A stretch of DNA of 64,000 nucleotides from the NCBI RefSeq assembly GCF_001194135.2, contig NC_068984.1, forward strand, positions 6,532,485 through 6,596,484. Direction: 5' to 3'. The notes beneath the pieces were generated by a model that worked only from the letters and a program-made list of their open reading frames with translations, did no database searches and was not told the DNA's origin. Source of the stretch: Octopus bimaculoides (Eukaryota). How positions within the stretch are numbered: position 1 is the first letter of the stretch; each line of letters starts with the position of its first letter. Below are positions 36,420 to 49,764 of the stretch, piece by piece. Made by a program: the position numbers and the translations under genes.

Positions 36420-36700
36420 AGAACGGTGATCGAAGAACGAGGAGCTGTGTGTGTGTGTGAGAGAGCGAGAGAATGCTGGTGATCTTGACGTATGCATGTG
36501 TGAAAATGGGGAGGGGAAAAAGGAGTTGGTCAGTTGTAGTGTGTGCGTGGTGTGATGTGAGGGCGTTGGGAGGTGGGGAAGGCATGGGAGGAGTGTGGGT
36601 TAGGCTGAGGGTGGGGGTAGAGGTAGGGGTATGTGGGTAGGGGGTGGCTGTAAGGAATTGGATGACCCGCTCAAGCTATAAACTCTTGAGCACTACTAAG
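36420..36700 (-). promoter_or_regulatory. Candidate promoter/5' UTR-like segment
   Basis: Unique G-rich (plus) / C-rich (minus) tract with G4 potential and no SINE similarity. On the minus strand it reads into CT/CA-rich leader-like sequence ending at a gap. Inference only. Confidence 0.3.
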
Positions 36701-37707
36701 TGTATCCTATACTAAGAGTTGATTCACTCTATGAACTATATATATATCTAGGGAGACTCGCGGGATGATTAGAGAAATTATGCTCTTCAAGGATTCATTG
36801 GAATGTCGTCACGAAGGTGTTCCTATCACCTTACAATCTACCTTTATATTTCTCTCTCTAATGTACTGGCTCCCCCATTTTTTCCCTTTTTTGCAGTGTT
36901 TGCTATTTATTTCACATGTTTGTTAAAGAATGCAAAATGGCAGAGTCAAAAAAGTGTCCTGCAGAAGGCTAGCATTTACACAACATTACACCACACGCCC
37001 CAAAACGAAATTAAGTTAGAAAATACAACAAAAAAATACATATATAATTTATAAAATTCCATAGAAGATTAATTATGGGAATCCATACTCAGGCCACATT
37101 AAAATGCCTCAATTAACACGTAAACACATAGATCTAAAAATTAATCCATGGCTATTGGAAAGAAGAAAAAAAACGGTCAAAATTTGATCGCGACCAGCAA
37201 ATTAATGTGTGACTGTTGAGGCATAATGCTAGCGGTCAATAAGCATTTAATGGGAAAGTCTACAGAAACTCAATCAGTATTTAAGAAACAACAGAAACAC
37301 CAATTATATTCAAGTCAATTCTTGATAATGTGTCTGTGACGGTCGAGAAATATCGGATATGGATTTTGGAACTCTATTCTTCCAAAGCAACTGTAGAAAG
37401 CAAAAACAAAATATGAAAAATTAAAGAGAAAATTTGAGCATGGGTGTGTATTTAATGGAAAACAGATATCCATCTATTTCTGTATGTGTGTATATATATA
37501 TATGTCTGTCTGTGTGTGCGTGCGCGCGCGCGTGCGTGTGTGTGTGTAATGTATACGTATATATAAATTCAAACATAGTTGATTATCTGAGAAATGTAAA
37601 TAAAAAGAAATATACGCGCAATAATTCCATGCTTTTATGACCAGAGAAAATTAAAGTCTCACTACGGCCAGGTCATGGTATGTTAACTGCTCCTCAGAGA
37701 AGACACA

Positions 37708-37817
<110 letters not shown>

Positions 37818-39509
37818 ATAATATAATATCTAATCATATTAGGGATAACAATCCAAATTTACAGGTAAAAACTCAATTAAATTCAATTTATTAAAAATAA
37901 AAATTAAATTAAGTTTCACAGTATAAAATATATATATATATATATATAGTTTTAGGGAAAAGAACCAAGGTTCATGAACTCATCGATGAAAATCAACTGT
38001 CATATATAGAAAAATTAATAAGTAAAAGCACAATAAATAAGTACAAGATAATATAAAGTAAATATCATAAGATAATGATAATAAAACGACTACACGTGTT
38101 TCATAACCAATTTTCAAATAGAAAGAAAATTAAAATCGATTAAAACTATCGAAAATCAATTCTATTAAAAAATATAGCTAATCTTCAGGTCAAAATACAA
38201 CAATAATAATAATAAAAGAATGTATATATCAACTAAGAATAAATAACAAATGAATTTATATAAAATACATATTATATTAAGGTAGAAAAATATTATTAAA
38301 AATATCAAAATTATAAACATTCCATAATCAACCCTACGTCCATTATAATACAAACTAACAGGGAATATTATATGCAAAAACCAACTTTAACGAATTGAAT
38401 GAAGTTTTAGGTTAAAATGATAAAGATAGAAGTAGCACAGATCTAAACGATGCAATAGTTTAGACGAGAAGATTTAAGACTAAAACGTTTATTTAAAAGA
38501 AGTCTCGTGAAAATATTGCGTAAAGAAATATTTTATTTAATTTCTTTGATTATACAATATTGTTAATTGTTTTATTATGACTTAAGTTATATAAAGTTTA
38601 ATCTTTCATTCATAATAAAATTTTCATTCATATTTTTTATGTCTATATATTCTATTCCTTATATTATTGCTAATTTAAAAATAGGTGGTTACGTATGTAT
38701 TTTTTATGTAATTAATTGTTTCAGATTTGTGAATATATATTTCAGAGAAACGACAGCTACTGAAAAGTTTCCTTAAATCTGGATTTGCTGTATCTTCGAA
38801 GTCACTATCAAATTTTTAGCAAATATTTTACATTGTATCACATTTTGGTTTTAATTCAGTTAATGTTTTTACCAAGTCTAAGCGAAAACGTACGTATATT
38901 AACATCTCTCTCTCTTCCTCTTCCTTTCACTCTCACTCTCCCCCTCTCTCTCCCTCTCTCTCTCTATCTATCTATTCATATGTGTGTGTGTGTGTGTGTG
39001 TGTGCTTACGTATGTAGACTAGATGCATATATGTGTCTGTAATATTTATTCACTTCATTTTTTTTACAGTTATTGGGGCGTTAACATTGTTTTGTTCCAC
39101 AATTAACTGCAGTATGACAACAATATGTATGTGTATATACATGTGTTCTCATACCCCCCCCCACACACACATACATACATACATACATACACACACATAC
39201 ATAAATGCATAAATACATATATACACACATACATACACATACATAGATTCATATATACATATATATATATGCATATATACATATACATATATGTATACAC
39301 ACGTATATATATAGATATAATTGTTCACTCTCTATAGATATATGCATCCATCCAGACGTAGATACTAGGTCCATATATATATATATATATATACATACAT
39401 TTATATATATGTATAAATATATACATATTCACACGCACATGCATAAACATATNNNNNNNNNNNNNNNNNNNNNNNNNNNNNNNNNNNNNNNNNNNNNNNN
39501 NNNNNNNNN

Positions 39510-39573
<64 letters not shown>

Positions 39574-39848
39574 TACAAACATAACTGAAGTCACATAATT
39601 CTTTGTATACAAACATACATGTTCTATATGAATTAATATTTATACAGTTCATATATATATATATATATAAACATATGATGCGTACATACATGTATATGTA
39701 TAATACATATATATATACATATAGAAATATATACACACATACATATATATATACATATACATATGTATATACATATACATATATATATACACACATGCAT
39801 GCATATTAATACACGCACACACACAAACACAAACACACGCGCACACAC

Positions 39849-39897
<49 letters not shown>

Positions 39898-39903
39898 CAC
39901 ACA

Positions 39904-39950
39904 CAGTAGTACCTCGGTTTACGAACGCCTCTGATCGCGAATAAATCGTG

Positions 39951-39952
<2 letters not shown>
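39904..39952. mobile_element. Tigger-type terminal inverted repeat fragment
   Basis: CAGTAGTACCTCGGTTTACGAACG embedded in CA/TA microsatellite. Confidence 0.5.
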
Positions 39953-39994
<42 letters not shown>

Positions 39995-40939
39995 TACAAC
40001 ATATGGATGCTTGCATGCGTGTTTGCATGTCTGTGTATATCGGTCAGTTAGATATTAAACCGATATTTTCATTCTTTAAATATCAATAACTATTTTTTTG
40101 TTTTTACTTTCTCAGCGGCGTGTAGGTTACTAGACTATTCCGTATACTTCGTTACTTGCTTAAAATTAAACAGTTCTCCCTTCAAAGTTGGCGCCATATT
40201 TTACTGGATTCGAGCAACAAAAAGAGAAACTTATCCCAAAGGAACATTCTATTTGAAGAGAGTAGAATCGACTGCAATATGTCAAATATGACAACCAGCA
40301 TATTCTAAAAGAATGAACCATCCAAGAGGAAGATAAACTACTTTGCTGATTCTTTCTTTGCGATTCAGTGAACGGAAATGGTACGGGTGAGATATGAGCA
40401 ATTGTCATATTTCTTTTTTTTTTGTTTTTGGATTTTGTTTTATTCTGGTTAAAGAAGACATCAGAGAGAATAACAGACATTCTAAGTGGAGTAGAAATAT
40501 CGTTTTAACTGGGAATATGAAGAGCAACAAAGAAAAGGAAGATAAGAATGGAGGAAATGATATATATATATAATGGTCGTTTGTATAGATTAATGAATGT
40601 ATCAATAGTTTAGATACAATAGAAGCAGATCAATATACAGGAGGAAATAGATTGAAGGAAAGATACACAGTGTTCTCTCAGCGGATTGCTCTTTCATTCT
40701 CTCTGCATAAATGCAAACGCGCACAGACAGACAGACAGACAGACACAAACGCACACACACGCCCACCCACCAACACATATATACATGATGCATGCATATG
40801 TATTTATACACATTCATACATACATGTATGTATGTGTATATATGTATTTTATATATATGTATGTAAGCATTATGCATATAACCTGTGAGTGTGAGTGTAT
40901 ATATATGTATATATATATATGTTTGTATATGTATATGTA

Positions 40940-40978
<39 letters not shown>

Positions 40979-41120
40979 ATATANNNNNNNNNNNNNNNNN
41001 NNNNNNNNNNNNNNNNNNNNNNNNNNNNNNNNNNNNNNNNNNNNNNNNNNNNNNNNNNNNNNNNNNNNNNNNNNNNNNNNNNNNNNNNNNNNNNNNNNNN
41101 NNNNNNNNNNNNNNNNNNNN

Positions 41121-41935
41121 AGGAGTTGCACAAAATAATGGAAACACCTTAAAATTTCTAACAAATTTATTTTAATATGGGGTAGGATCGCTTTGGCAGT
41201 AATTACTGCTTGAATTCTATGAGGTATGGAATCGTGCGAAATTTGAATTGTTTCCAAAGGAATTTTTGTCCATTCTTCAGCTGAAACAGTCTCCAGTTCT
41301 TGTAGTGATGATGCTGGAGGATTCGACTCCTTACTTATTTTTCTAAAATGCACCATAAATGTTCAATAATATTGATATCCGGGGACTGTGGTGGCCAGAT
41401 AAGATATTCAACTTGGCTAGAATGTTCCTCGTGCTATTCAGTAACAACTTTAGCTGTGTGAATTGGTGCATTATTATTCTGAAAGATGGCGCTTCCCTCC
41501 GGAAACAGTTCCGAAACCATAGAATGAATTTGATCAGATAAAATGCTTAAATAGTCTTGACTATTAATTCTGCCATGAAGGGAAACCATTGAGCCGCTGG
41601 ATTTCCAAGATATAGCCTCTTCCACAGATCCTCCTCCATGTTTAACTGTTGGAAGAAAGCAGTCTAAGTCAAATGCTTCTTTTGGCTGTCTCCACACGTA
41701 TACTCGGCCAGTGGTCGGAAATTAGGTAAAAGATGACTCGTCCGAGAAAACAGTGGAAAAGATATTTTTCCACTGTTTTAGGGACCAATTCTCCCTCTTT
41801 CTCAAAAGCTGTACTTACTTTCGAGACAGTACTTCTTGATACACCAAACATTTCGGCTGTTTTAGTTGCGTTAGCGCCTGCCATAGGATTAGCAACAATT
41901 TGACCTCTTTGAAAGTCCGATAGATCTGTCGTTTT
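41121..41935 (-). mobile_element. Tc1-family transposon, internally deleted and decayed
   Basis: TDLSDFQRGQIV, FGVSRSTVSKV, FSDES, TVKHGGGSV, FQNNNAP (second catalytic D lost) and WPPQSPDINIIEHLW. A TIR-like GGAGTTGCACAAAATAATGGAAACACC sits at 41122. Confidence 0.9.
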
Positions 41936-42127
41936 AATGAATTTTAATTACTTTTTTCTGATGATATCTGAAAAGAAACAGCAATGATAACGGCGCCGAA
42001 TGATTACAACACCAATCTGCTAGAAATAGACCCCAAATCGTATATGACACACTTAGATTATTACTCCACTACACAAGGTTGTAAGACATGAAAATTGACA
42101 GCGAGGGTTTATAAAATAATTTGGATA

Positions 42128-42192
42128 GTCCCAAATCTATAGGATTTCACGGTTTGAGTTATTAAAACTCTTTCCGATCATCAGTGGAAACC
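42128..42192 (-). ncRNA. Degenerate type I hammerhead motif with hairpin stem III
   Basis: TTCCA-CTGATGA-TCGG aaa GAGTT ttaat AACTC aaa CCGT-GAAA-TC ctata GA-T-T-TGGGA. Stems I-III all pair, but position 10.1/11.1 is U.U. Confidence 0.45.
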
Positions 42193-42324
42193 TACCGAAA
42201 CGTAAATAAATGAAAAATACATTATACATACCGCCATAAGCACAAAATAATGTACGGGCATTTCTCACGTATTCACGAATTAAAATCCAGGCACCTATTC
42301 CAAGCATGTGCTTATTTACTACCA

Positions 42325-42384
<60 letters not shown>

Positions 42385-42385
42385 G

Positions 42386-42444
<59 letters not shown>

Positions 42445-42859
42445 NNNNNNNNNNNNNNNNNNNNNNNNNNNNNNNNNNNNNNNNNNNNNNNNNNNNNNNN
42501 NNNNNNNNNNNNNNNNNNNNNNNNNNNNNNNNNNNNNNNNNNNNNNNNNNNNNNNNNNNNNNNNNNNNNNNNNNNNNNNNNNNNNNNNNNNNNNNNNNNN
42601 NNNNNNNNNNNNNNNNNNNNNNNNNNNNNNNNNNNNNNNNNNNNNNNNNNNNNNNNNNNNNNNNNNNNNNNNNNNNNNNNNCTGTATCTATTCAGATTAG
42701 TAAACTATAAATATAAAAATGTATTTTTTTTACTCATAATTATTTCAAAATATTATATTTTATTTAAAAAGAAACCAAATTGCAATAATAGAATTTCGAA
42801 CTGAAAATCTGTAAATATTGAAGCACCTCAGGGTAAGCAATATTCATTGTGTAATTTTT

Positions 42860-43330
42860 TTGTTGGGGTCTAAATGAATAAATTATTGCTGCATGTAGTA
42901 GAGAGATGAAGTCCAACTATCTTGAGGGACTGACCATGAGATTTGTTAACTGAAATACTAAAACTTAGTTTCACTGAAAACTGAAGCCTCTTAAATTCAA
43001 ATGGAATTGAGAGGAAATTTTGAAATACAGACATTTTCTTCTTTGTGGCTTTCTGTTATGAGTGTTGTCTGCAGGACTTGGGTTTTCATGGAAGTAACGA
43101 TTAAGCGAGTTCCATTACACAGGTAAGGTAGGTCATGATTCCTAAGTAAAATAATGGAAGCATCCAGCTTTCGTGTCAAGTTATGCGGTGGCATCCCAGT
43201 GGGTTCAAGTGTTTTCAGAATTTCAACAGGCTTTGGAACAGCCTTTATCAACTGTTGTGTGAATTGATGGAAAAGTCATTTCTGATGTAGCTGTTAACTT
43301 TTGAAGTTCATGATTGAGTTTATCAAACAT
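42860..43330 (-). mobile_element. Helitron PIF1-helicase fragment
   Basis: LEPTGMPPHNLT..IILLRNHDLPYLCNGTRLIV, followed in another frame by SVNKSHGQSLKIVGLHL (cf. TINKSQGQSL..VG). Confidence 0.85.
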
Positions 43331-43719
43331 TTCATTAGTTGGAGCCAGTTTACTTCAGCGTAATTGACAATCGCACATACACTGGATCACGCATACACTC
43401 TCACATACACTGACACAGACATGCACTCTTACATACACTCACATACATATACTAAGACAGACATACACAGACATACATTTACGTAACGAACGTGCAAACA
43501 CAAACGCACCCACAGATACATACACACTCATATATCAAATGCGTGGTGGTGGTGGTGGTGTTGTCGGTGGTACAAAATGTCTTTTACTATGTGGTACGTA
43601 ACGAAGGCGCAAACACACAAACACTGACAGACATATACACACTCATAAGCAAAATGCGTCGTCGTAGTATAAAATGTCCTGTACTATTGTTGACTATAGA
43701 AAGATCATTTTCGAGAAAA

Positions 43720-44035
43720 TCGACCCCACGACTTATTCTTTGTAAGCCTAGTACTTATTCTATCGGTTTCTTTTGCCTAACCGCTAAGTTATGAGGGCAT
43801 AAACACAATAACATCGGTTGTCAACTGATGGCAGGGAGACAAACAGAGAAACAAACCTCCACACATAAATATATACATATACATATATATATATATATCC
43901 TTCGGGTTTCTTCCAGTTTCCATCTACCAAATTCACTCACAAGACTTTGGTCGGTCTGAGACTATAGTAGAAGACACTTGCCCAAGGTGTCACGCAGTGG
44001 AACTGAACCTGGAACCATGTGGTTACCACACAACC
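43720..44035 (-). mobile_element. SINE family B
   Basis: CTTATTCTTTGTAAGCCTAGTACTTATTCTATCGG..CAGTTTCCATCTACCAAATTCACTCACAAG..CAGTGGAACTGAACCTGGAACC. Confidence 0.85.
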
Positions 44036-44699
44036 ATATATATATATGCGATTAGAGATGCAGAGACACTGACAGATAGGCAGACAGGCAGGTAGACATT
44101 TTATATATATAAATATATATAGGCGTAGGNNNNNNNNNNNNNNNNNNNNNNNNNNNNNNNNNNNNNNNNNNNNNNNNNNNNNNNNNNNNNNNNNNNNNNN
44201 NNNNNNNNNNNNNNNNNNNNNNNNNNNNNNNNNNNNNNNNNNNNNNNNNNNNNNNNNNNNNNNNNNNNNNNNNNNNNNNNNNNNNNNNNNNNNNNNNNNN
44301 NNNNNNNNNNNNNNNNNNNNNNNNNNNNNNNNNNNNNNNNNNNNNNNNNNNNNNNNNNNNNNNNNNNNNNNNNNNNNNNNNNNNNNNNNNNNNNNNNNNN
44401 NNNNNNNNNNNNNNNNNNNNNNNNNNNNNNNNNNNNNNNNNNNNNNNNNNNNNNNNNNNNNNNNNNNNNNNNNNNNNNNNNNNNNNNNNNNNNNNNNNNN
44501 NNNNNNNNNNNNNNNNNNNNNNNNNNNNNNNNNNNNNNNNNNNNNNNNNNNNNNNNNNNNNNNNNNNNNNNNNNNNNNNNNNNNNNNNNNNNNNNNNNNN
44601 NNNNNNNNNNNNNNNNNNNNNNNNNNNNNNNNNNNNNNNNNNNNNNNNNNNNNNNNNNNNNNNNNNNNNNNNNNNNNNNNNNNNNNNNNNNNNNNNNNN

Positions 44700-44738
<39 letters not shown>

Positions 44739-44743
44739 GATAA

Positions 44744-44808
<65 letters not shown>

Positions 44809-45239
44809 GCGAGGGGTGGATACAGACAAACAAACAAATAATGCCATACCATGTATTGGTTCGGAGCCAGAAGTAGAAAAATGCAAGAATGCAAGAATGT
44901 AAGACATGCAAGAAACAAGAAAAACTGATGCTATTTGTGATAGAAAAATGAATCTTCTTTCTGAGTGGGAAGTAAAATAATGTCGGTAAAAAATATTGCA
45001 GATGTCAGACGATATGTGGCCAAGATGGAAAATAATGAATAAGAGAATAAAGTTGTTTGTCCGACTGCACTGCACCCGACTAATCTTAAATAGATACGGT
45101 ATCTATGTAGAACATCAGTGAATCTGTTGATAAATCACCTCACAACAGCAACAAACAACAAAAAGAATCATTTACAATTATTACAAGACTCAAGAAATAT
45201 ACATATCTACTACTACGAATAATAATAATAATAATAATG

Positions 45240-45670
45240 ATGAAGTCCGTTAGTTTAGGCCGAAGGCCAGCACTTTTGGGGTGAGAGTGATAATCGATTA
45301 CATTGACTCCCATACTTGACTTGTAGTTTATATTATCTACCCTGAAAGGAGTAAAGGTGAAGGTAACTTCAGCAGGATTTGAACTCAAATCGTGAAGAGT
45401 CACGAGAAATATGCCGAAGCATTTTTTACGACACGCTGACGATTCTGCCAGTTCGCTGCTTTGATGTTAGTATTAATGTTTAAAATGTTGGTACAAGGCC
45501 AGCATGATTACAAAGTTGGAATAATCGATTGGATTTAAAATTGACCCCAGTATTTGATCGGTACTTATCGACCCCGAGGGGAAGAAAGGCAATGTTTGCC
45601 TCAGCGAGATTTGAACTCGGCATGTAAGAGCCAGAATAAATAAAACGTTTTTACTAATTCCCTAATGGTT
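45240..45670 (-). mobile_element. Two tandem SINE family A copies
   Basis: Each copy has the ATCGATT..GACCCC..GAAAGG..ATTTGAACTC motif series. Confidence 0.75.
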
Positions 45671-46563
45671 CTACTAATCTATGGAATAATTATCTACACA
45701 ATTGATGAAGAGGTCCCGTTACGTTAAGTACAACATCGAAATGAAATTCAAATAAAGTTATAATGGAGGCATTTACCTGGAGGCACAGCGCAACAATAAT
45801 CACTTATCTGCAAATAGACACGAGTATAATACCGACTTTCCGGACAACAACGGTCTGAAACCTCTTATAATCCGTACTAATTTACACTAAGGTATTTCAT
45901 TTCATTATTTAAGTAAATTTGATATTTGTTTATTTCAGTGTTGACCAAAATGACCACTCCTAGTTCAGTCATCCGGTGGGCTCTGAAACTAAAATTCCAG
46001 AGAATCATTGTTATACCTGCATCGGTAAAATACCAATAAAAATAGTTGTCCAAAATATGGACCCTCATCTTGTTTGACTGTGGTCACAATGATATACTAA
46101 AGGCAAATCTCTTCTTCGAAAGCTTGCTGTTTATCTACAGTTAGAAGGGGACTACTTTTCTAAGTCAGATTTGCCATTTCGAACCATCTGTCTGAATATT
46201 TACCGGAGAGCAACATTTCCACTATAACGTCATGTTTTTCTTCGTGTACTGTTTGAAGAAGTAGACTTAGTTTGCAACAACATTGTGTCGTACCTATGTC
46301 CGACCTCCGATTCCCTGCACGAAATCCTTCACGCAGTCTTTTCCGCTCAGTACTGTAACCCGCAGGAATTCTCTGCATGACGACGATCTTTTTGGAAGTA
46401 TTGATCAAATTTCTTTACGATAAACGTCTATTGATGAGCAAAATCAGATAAGCAGATGCCTTCGGGTTTGTGGTCATACCAATTTTTTGCTGTCAAGTCC
46501 GTACTTTTTGGAAAGTGTTATTATCATCATCATCTTCATCATTATTATTATCATCATTATTAC

Positions 46564-46614
<51 letters not shown>

Positions 46615-47139
46615 CATTATTATTATTAATTTTTTTTGTTATTATAGATACACGCTGATGGCACTGAAGATGTAACTTCGGGAGATCCTCTGCATTCTGT
46701 TATAGAACAGATGGGGTTAACTATTAGGTTTCATGACTTGTTCCCTTATATTTGAGTGATGGTATATTCGAAGATTCCAAAATGCACAAAATTATAAAAA
46801 AAGGGGCACATCAGCTCTGTGCTATTATATGTCTGTACGTGTATCTAAGAGTCTCGGGAAGGATTTCCGGCCAATGACTGTCTCTGTTTGCCGGATATTT
46901 TCTTTAATGGTAAGGAAGCGGGAAATACTTTAAGTTGTTATTGGTTAAGGGTGCTCAGAAGGCGCTGCTCCAGTTGGACCATTATCCAATGGTTGGAATC
47001 AGAAACATAGTAGAAAAATGAGAATGTGTCCATTTATTCATCATTTTCTCAAATCGTTCTCTTTCTCACTCTCTCTGAAATGCTTTCATTCTTTCACTCT
47101 CTCTCTCTCTCTCTCTAAATCCTCTTTCTCGGCATGCAT

Positions 47140-47198
<59 letters not shown>

Positions 47199-48271
47199 AG
47201 AAATAGAGAGAGAGAAAGGTGCTCGCGTGCATGTATGTGCTCGTGTATGTGTAGATTGATAAATAAATATGAGTATAGCTGTGTAATTTTAAAATATGTT
47301 TAAGTATATATACACATATACATATACATATACATACATGTATATAACTCTTTCTGTGTATATCAAGTATGTATACATGAATTTATAGATGTATCTCTCA
47401 GTTTTATATCTATCCATCTTTTCACATATCTTCATTGGAATCTGTATGTTCTTCTCTCTGTTCATGTAGCTGTATTTGTGTTTATAGTCCTTCTGGTGTA
47501 TGTACAATACCGCAAGCTGAAGTGTACATGGATATGGATGGAGGTGTGATACAAAGTATATTGATCTGTTAAAGGCTAACATTGATAAAGAATTGAATCA
47601 GTGTTATCTCTGAGTAAATCAACATCGACACAGATGAATGTTGGTGATAACAGTTATCTTTTATAGATCATGAATTTACTAACAAGTGTTTTCCCACTTG
47701 GAAATAATTACATATACCATTGCCGTCAACGCTTGACAGAGAATGCCCTTCACCGGCGCAGTCTCACCGTTTCTATGTCTGGTAAATGTTCAAAACATGT
47801 GTCGTGTCGAAATTATTGATTGCTGTCCGAATAGCGGAGAAGGGTGAGTGCTATTTGACAGTTCAAAGTGTCATTGATTAGGTTAGGTTCAGTGTTGTTT
47901 TTGCATGATCGATCTTGCAACCAGACAGAAAATAACTATGGCATTTGTCATTAGGTACCGGCTACAGGCAGCATTGTCTGTCAATATGCCATTCACTGAC
48001 TTTGTTTCCTCGCGACCGCAGTTATATATTTGCCAGGCTAATGAGACGAATAACTGACCGAAAAGCTAAGCAATTCTACTTTACTCTTCAGCTATTGATC
48101 TTCGATCCCTAAATCATAACTATCGATTCACCTGTCAACAACCATTAAGATTGTATTTTTATTAGGGATATATAAATTTACTAACATGACTTAGTTATTT
48201 TATATTCTATTTTATATATTTCAAAGGTAATTTCAAAGCATTTCCTTAGTAAAAAATATAATTATTAACAA

Positions 48272-48332
<61 letters not shown>

Positions 48333-48848
48333 TAATATAAAATAAAACAACACAATTTATTTGTGCGCTATGGCAATAGATAATGGTACATGCATACATA
48401 CATACATACACGTGTGCGCGTGTGTGTGTGTGTGCGTGTGTGTGTGCNNNNNNNNNNNNNNNNNNNNNNNNNNNNNNNNNNNNNNNNNNNNNNNNNNNNN
48501 NNNNNNNNNNNNNNNNNNNNNNNNNNNNNNNNNNNNNNNNNNNNNNNNNNNNNNNNNNNNNNNNNNNNNNNNNNNNNNNNNNNNNNNNNNNNNNNNNNNN
48601 NNNNNNNNNNNNNNNNNNNNNNNNNNNNNNNNNNNNNNNNNNNNNNNNNNNNNNNNNNNNNNNNNNNNNNNNNNNNNNNNNNNNNNNNNNNNNNNNNNNN
48701 NNNNNNNNNNNNNNNNNNNNNNNNNNNNNNNNNNNNNNNNNNNNNNNNNNNNNNNNNNNNNNNNNNNNNNNNNNNNNNNNNNNNNNNNNNNNNNNNNNNN
48801 NNNNNNNNNNNNNNNNNNNNNNNNNNNNNNNNNNNNNNNNNNNNNNNN

Positions 48849-48880
<32 letters not shown>

Positions 48881-49059
48881 AGAGAGGGTGGGTGGAAAGT
48901 AACTAAGCATTTAAAATTCTTTATTGAATTTTTAGTATCACTGAAGTCATGACAAACATTTTTAAAGAAACAACACTAATGGAGAATTTTTAATTTTCTT
49001 ATTGTCTTGTTTCTTATTTCTTATTTTCCCGATGACCGGTTGCTTGACTGTTTAGGAGC

Positions 49060-49670
49060 GAGCTAAGATAGCAGCATGCTATGGAGTGTGGAATTTATTT
49101 GTTGTGGTTCAGAAATGGTGGCGTACATGGATAAGTAAGCATGCAACACTGCTTTCGGAGACAATAAAAAGTTGTCATGCAAAGCTGATGACATCGGGCT
49201 CTGTGAACGGTGCAAGATGTGGTCGTCCAACCACATCCTTATCAGTGGAGAACGTGGCAACAGTGCAGGAAATGTTTAATCGTAGCCTGCAAAAATCAAC
49301 ACGTCAAGCAGCTCGTGAAAGTGGACAAAAAAGGGCACACAATACGTACGATGTTGCATAAAGAATTGACTTTTCATTCGTGGAAACCTCATTACGTGCA
49401 GAAGCTAAAACCTGAAGACTGTGACCGCAGAAGTCCAGAAGTCCAGAACTCTAAGAAGTCCAAGAAGTCCAGATCTCACTCCATGTGATTTTTACAGAAA
49501 AGAGGGGCTGTACAAGACAAAACCTCGCACACAGGAGGACTTGGAGACACGGATTCAGGAGGTTTTCAATGATACCCCAGACGACGTCCTTCAGAAGGTT
49601 GTTCAATCCATCCATGGCCGTTTGAGGAATCTGGTTGACGCCACCGGTGCTTATGTTGAAATATGAACAT
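49060..49670 (+). mobile_element. Tc1/mariner-superfamily element (rosa/maT-like), catalytic core deleted
   Basis: TSGSV..RCGRPTTSLSVENVATVQEMFNRSLQKSTRQAARESG and WKPHYVQKLKPEDCDRR joined to PRSPDLTPCDF...VVQSIHGRLRNLVDATGAYVE. Confidence 0.85.
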
Positions 49671-49764
49671 TTACTTTCATTTTCCCATGTAATAAGGAAC
49701 ATGTACCATTTGTTTCAATAAATTTGTAAAAGGAATATGGATTTTATTACCAATTAGGATAGCA

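Noticed and set aside
46160-46408. 82-aa minus-strand ORF in GC-balanced unique sequence
   Set aside because: No motif recognised; could be an old repeat. No splice support.
47741-47843. Short ORF MPFTGAVSPF..SGEG ending at a consensus donor G|GTGAGT
   Set aside because: Only ~34 codons, weak acceptor and no homology recognised; a regulatory reading is preferred.
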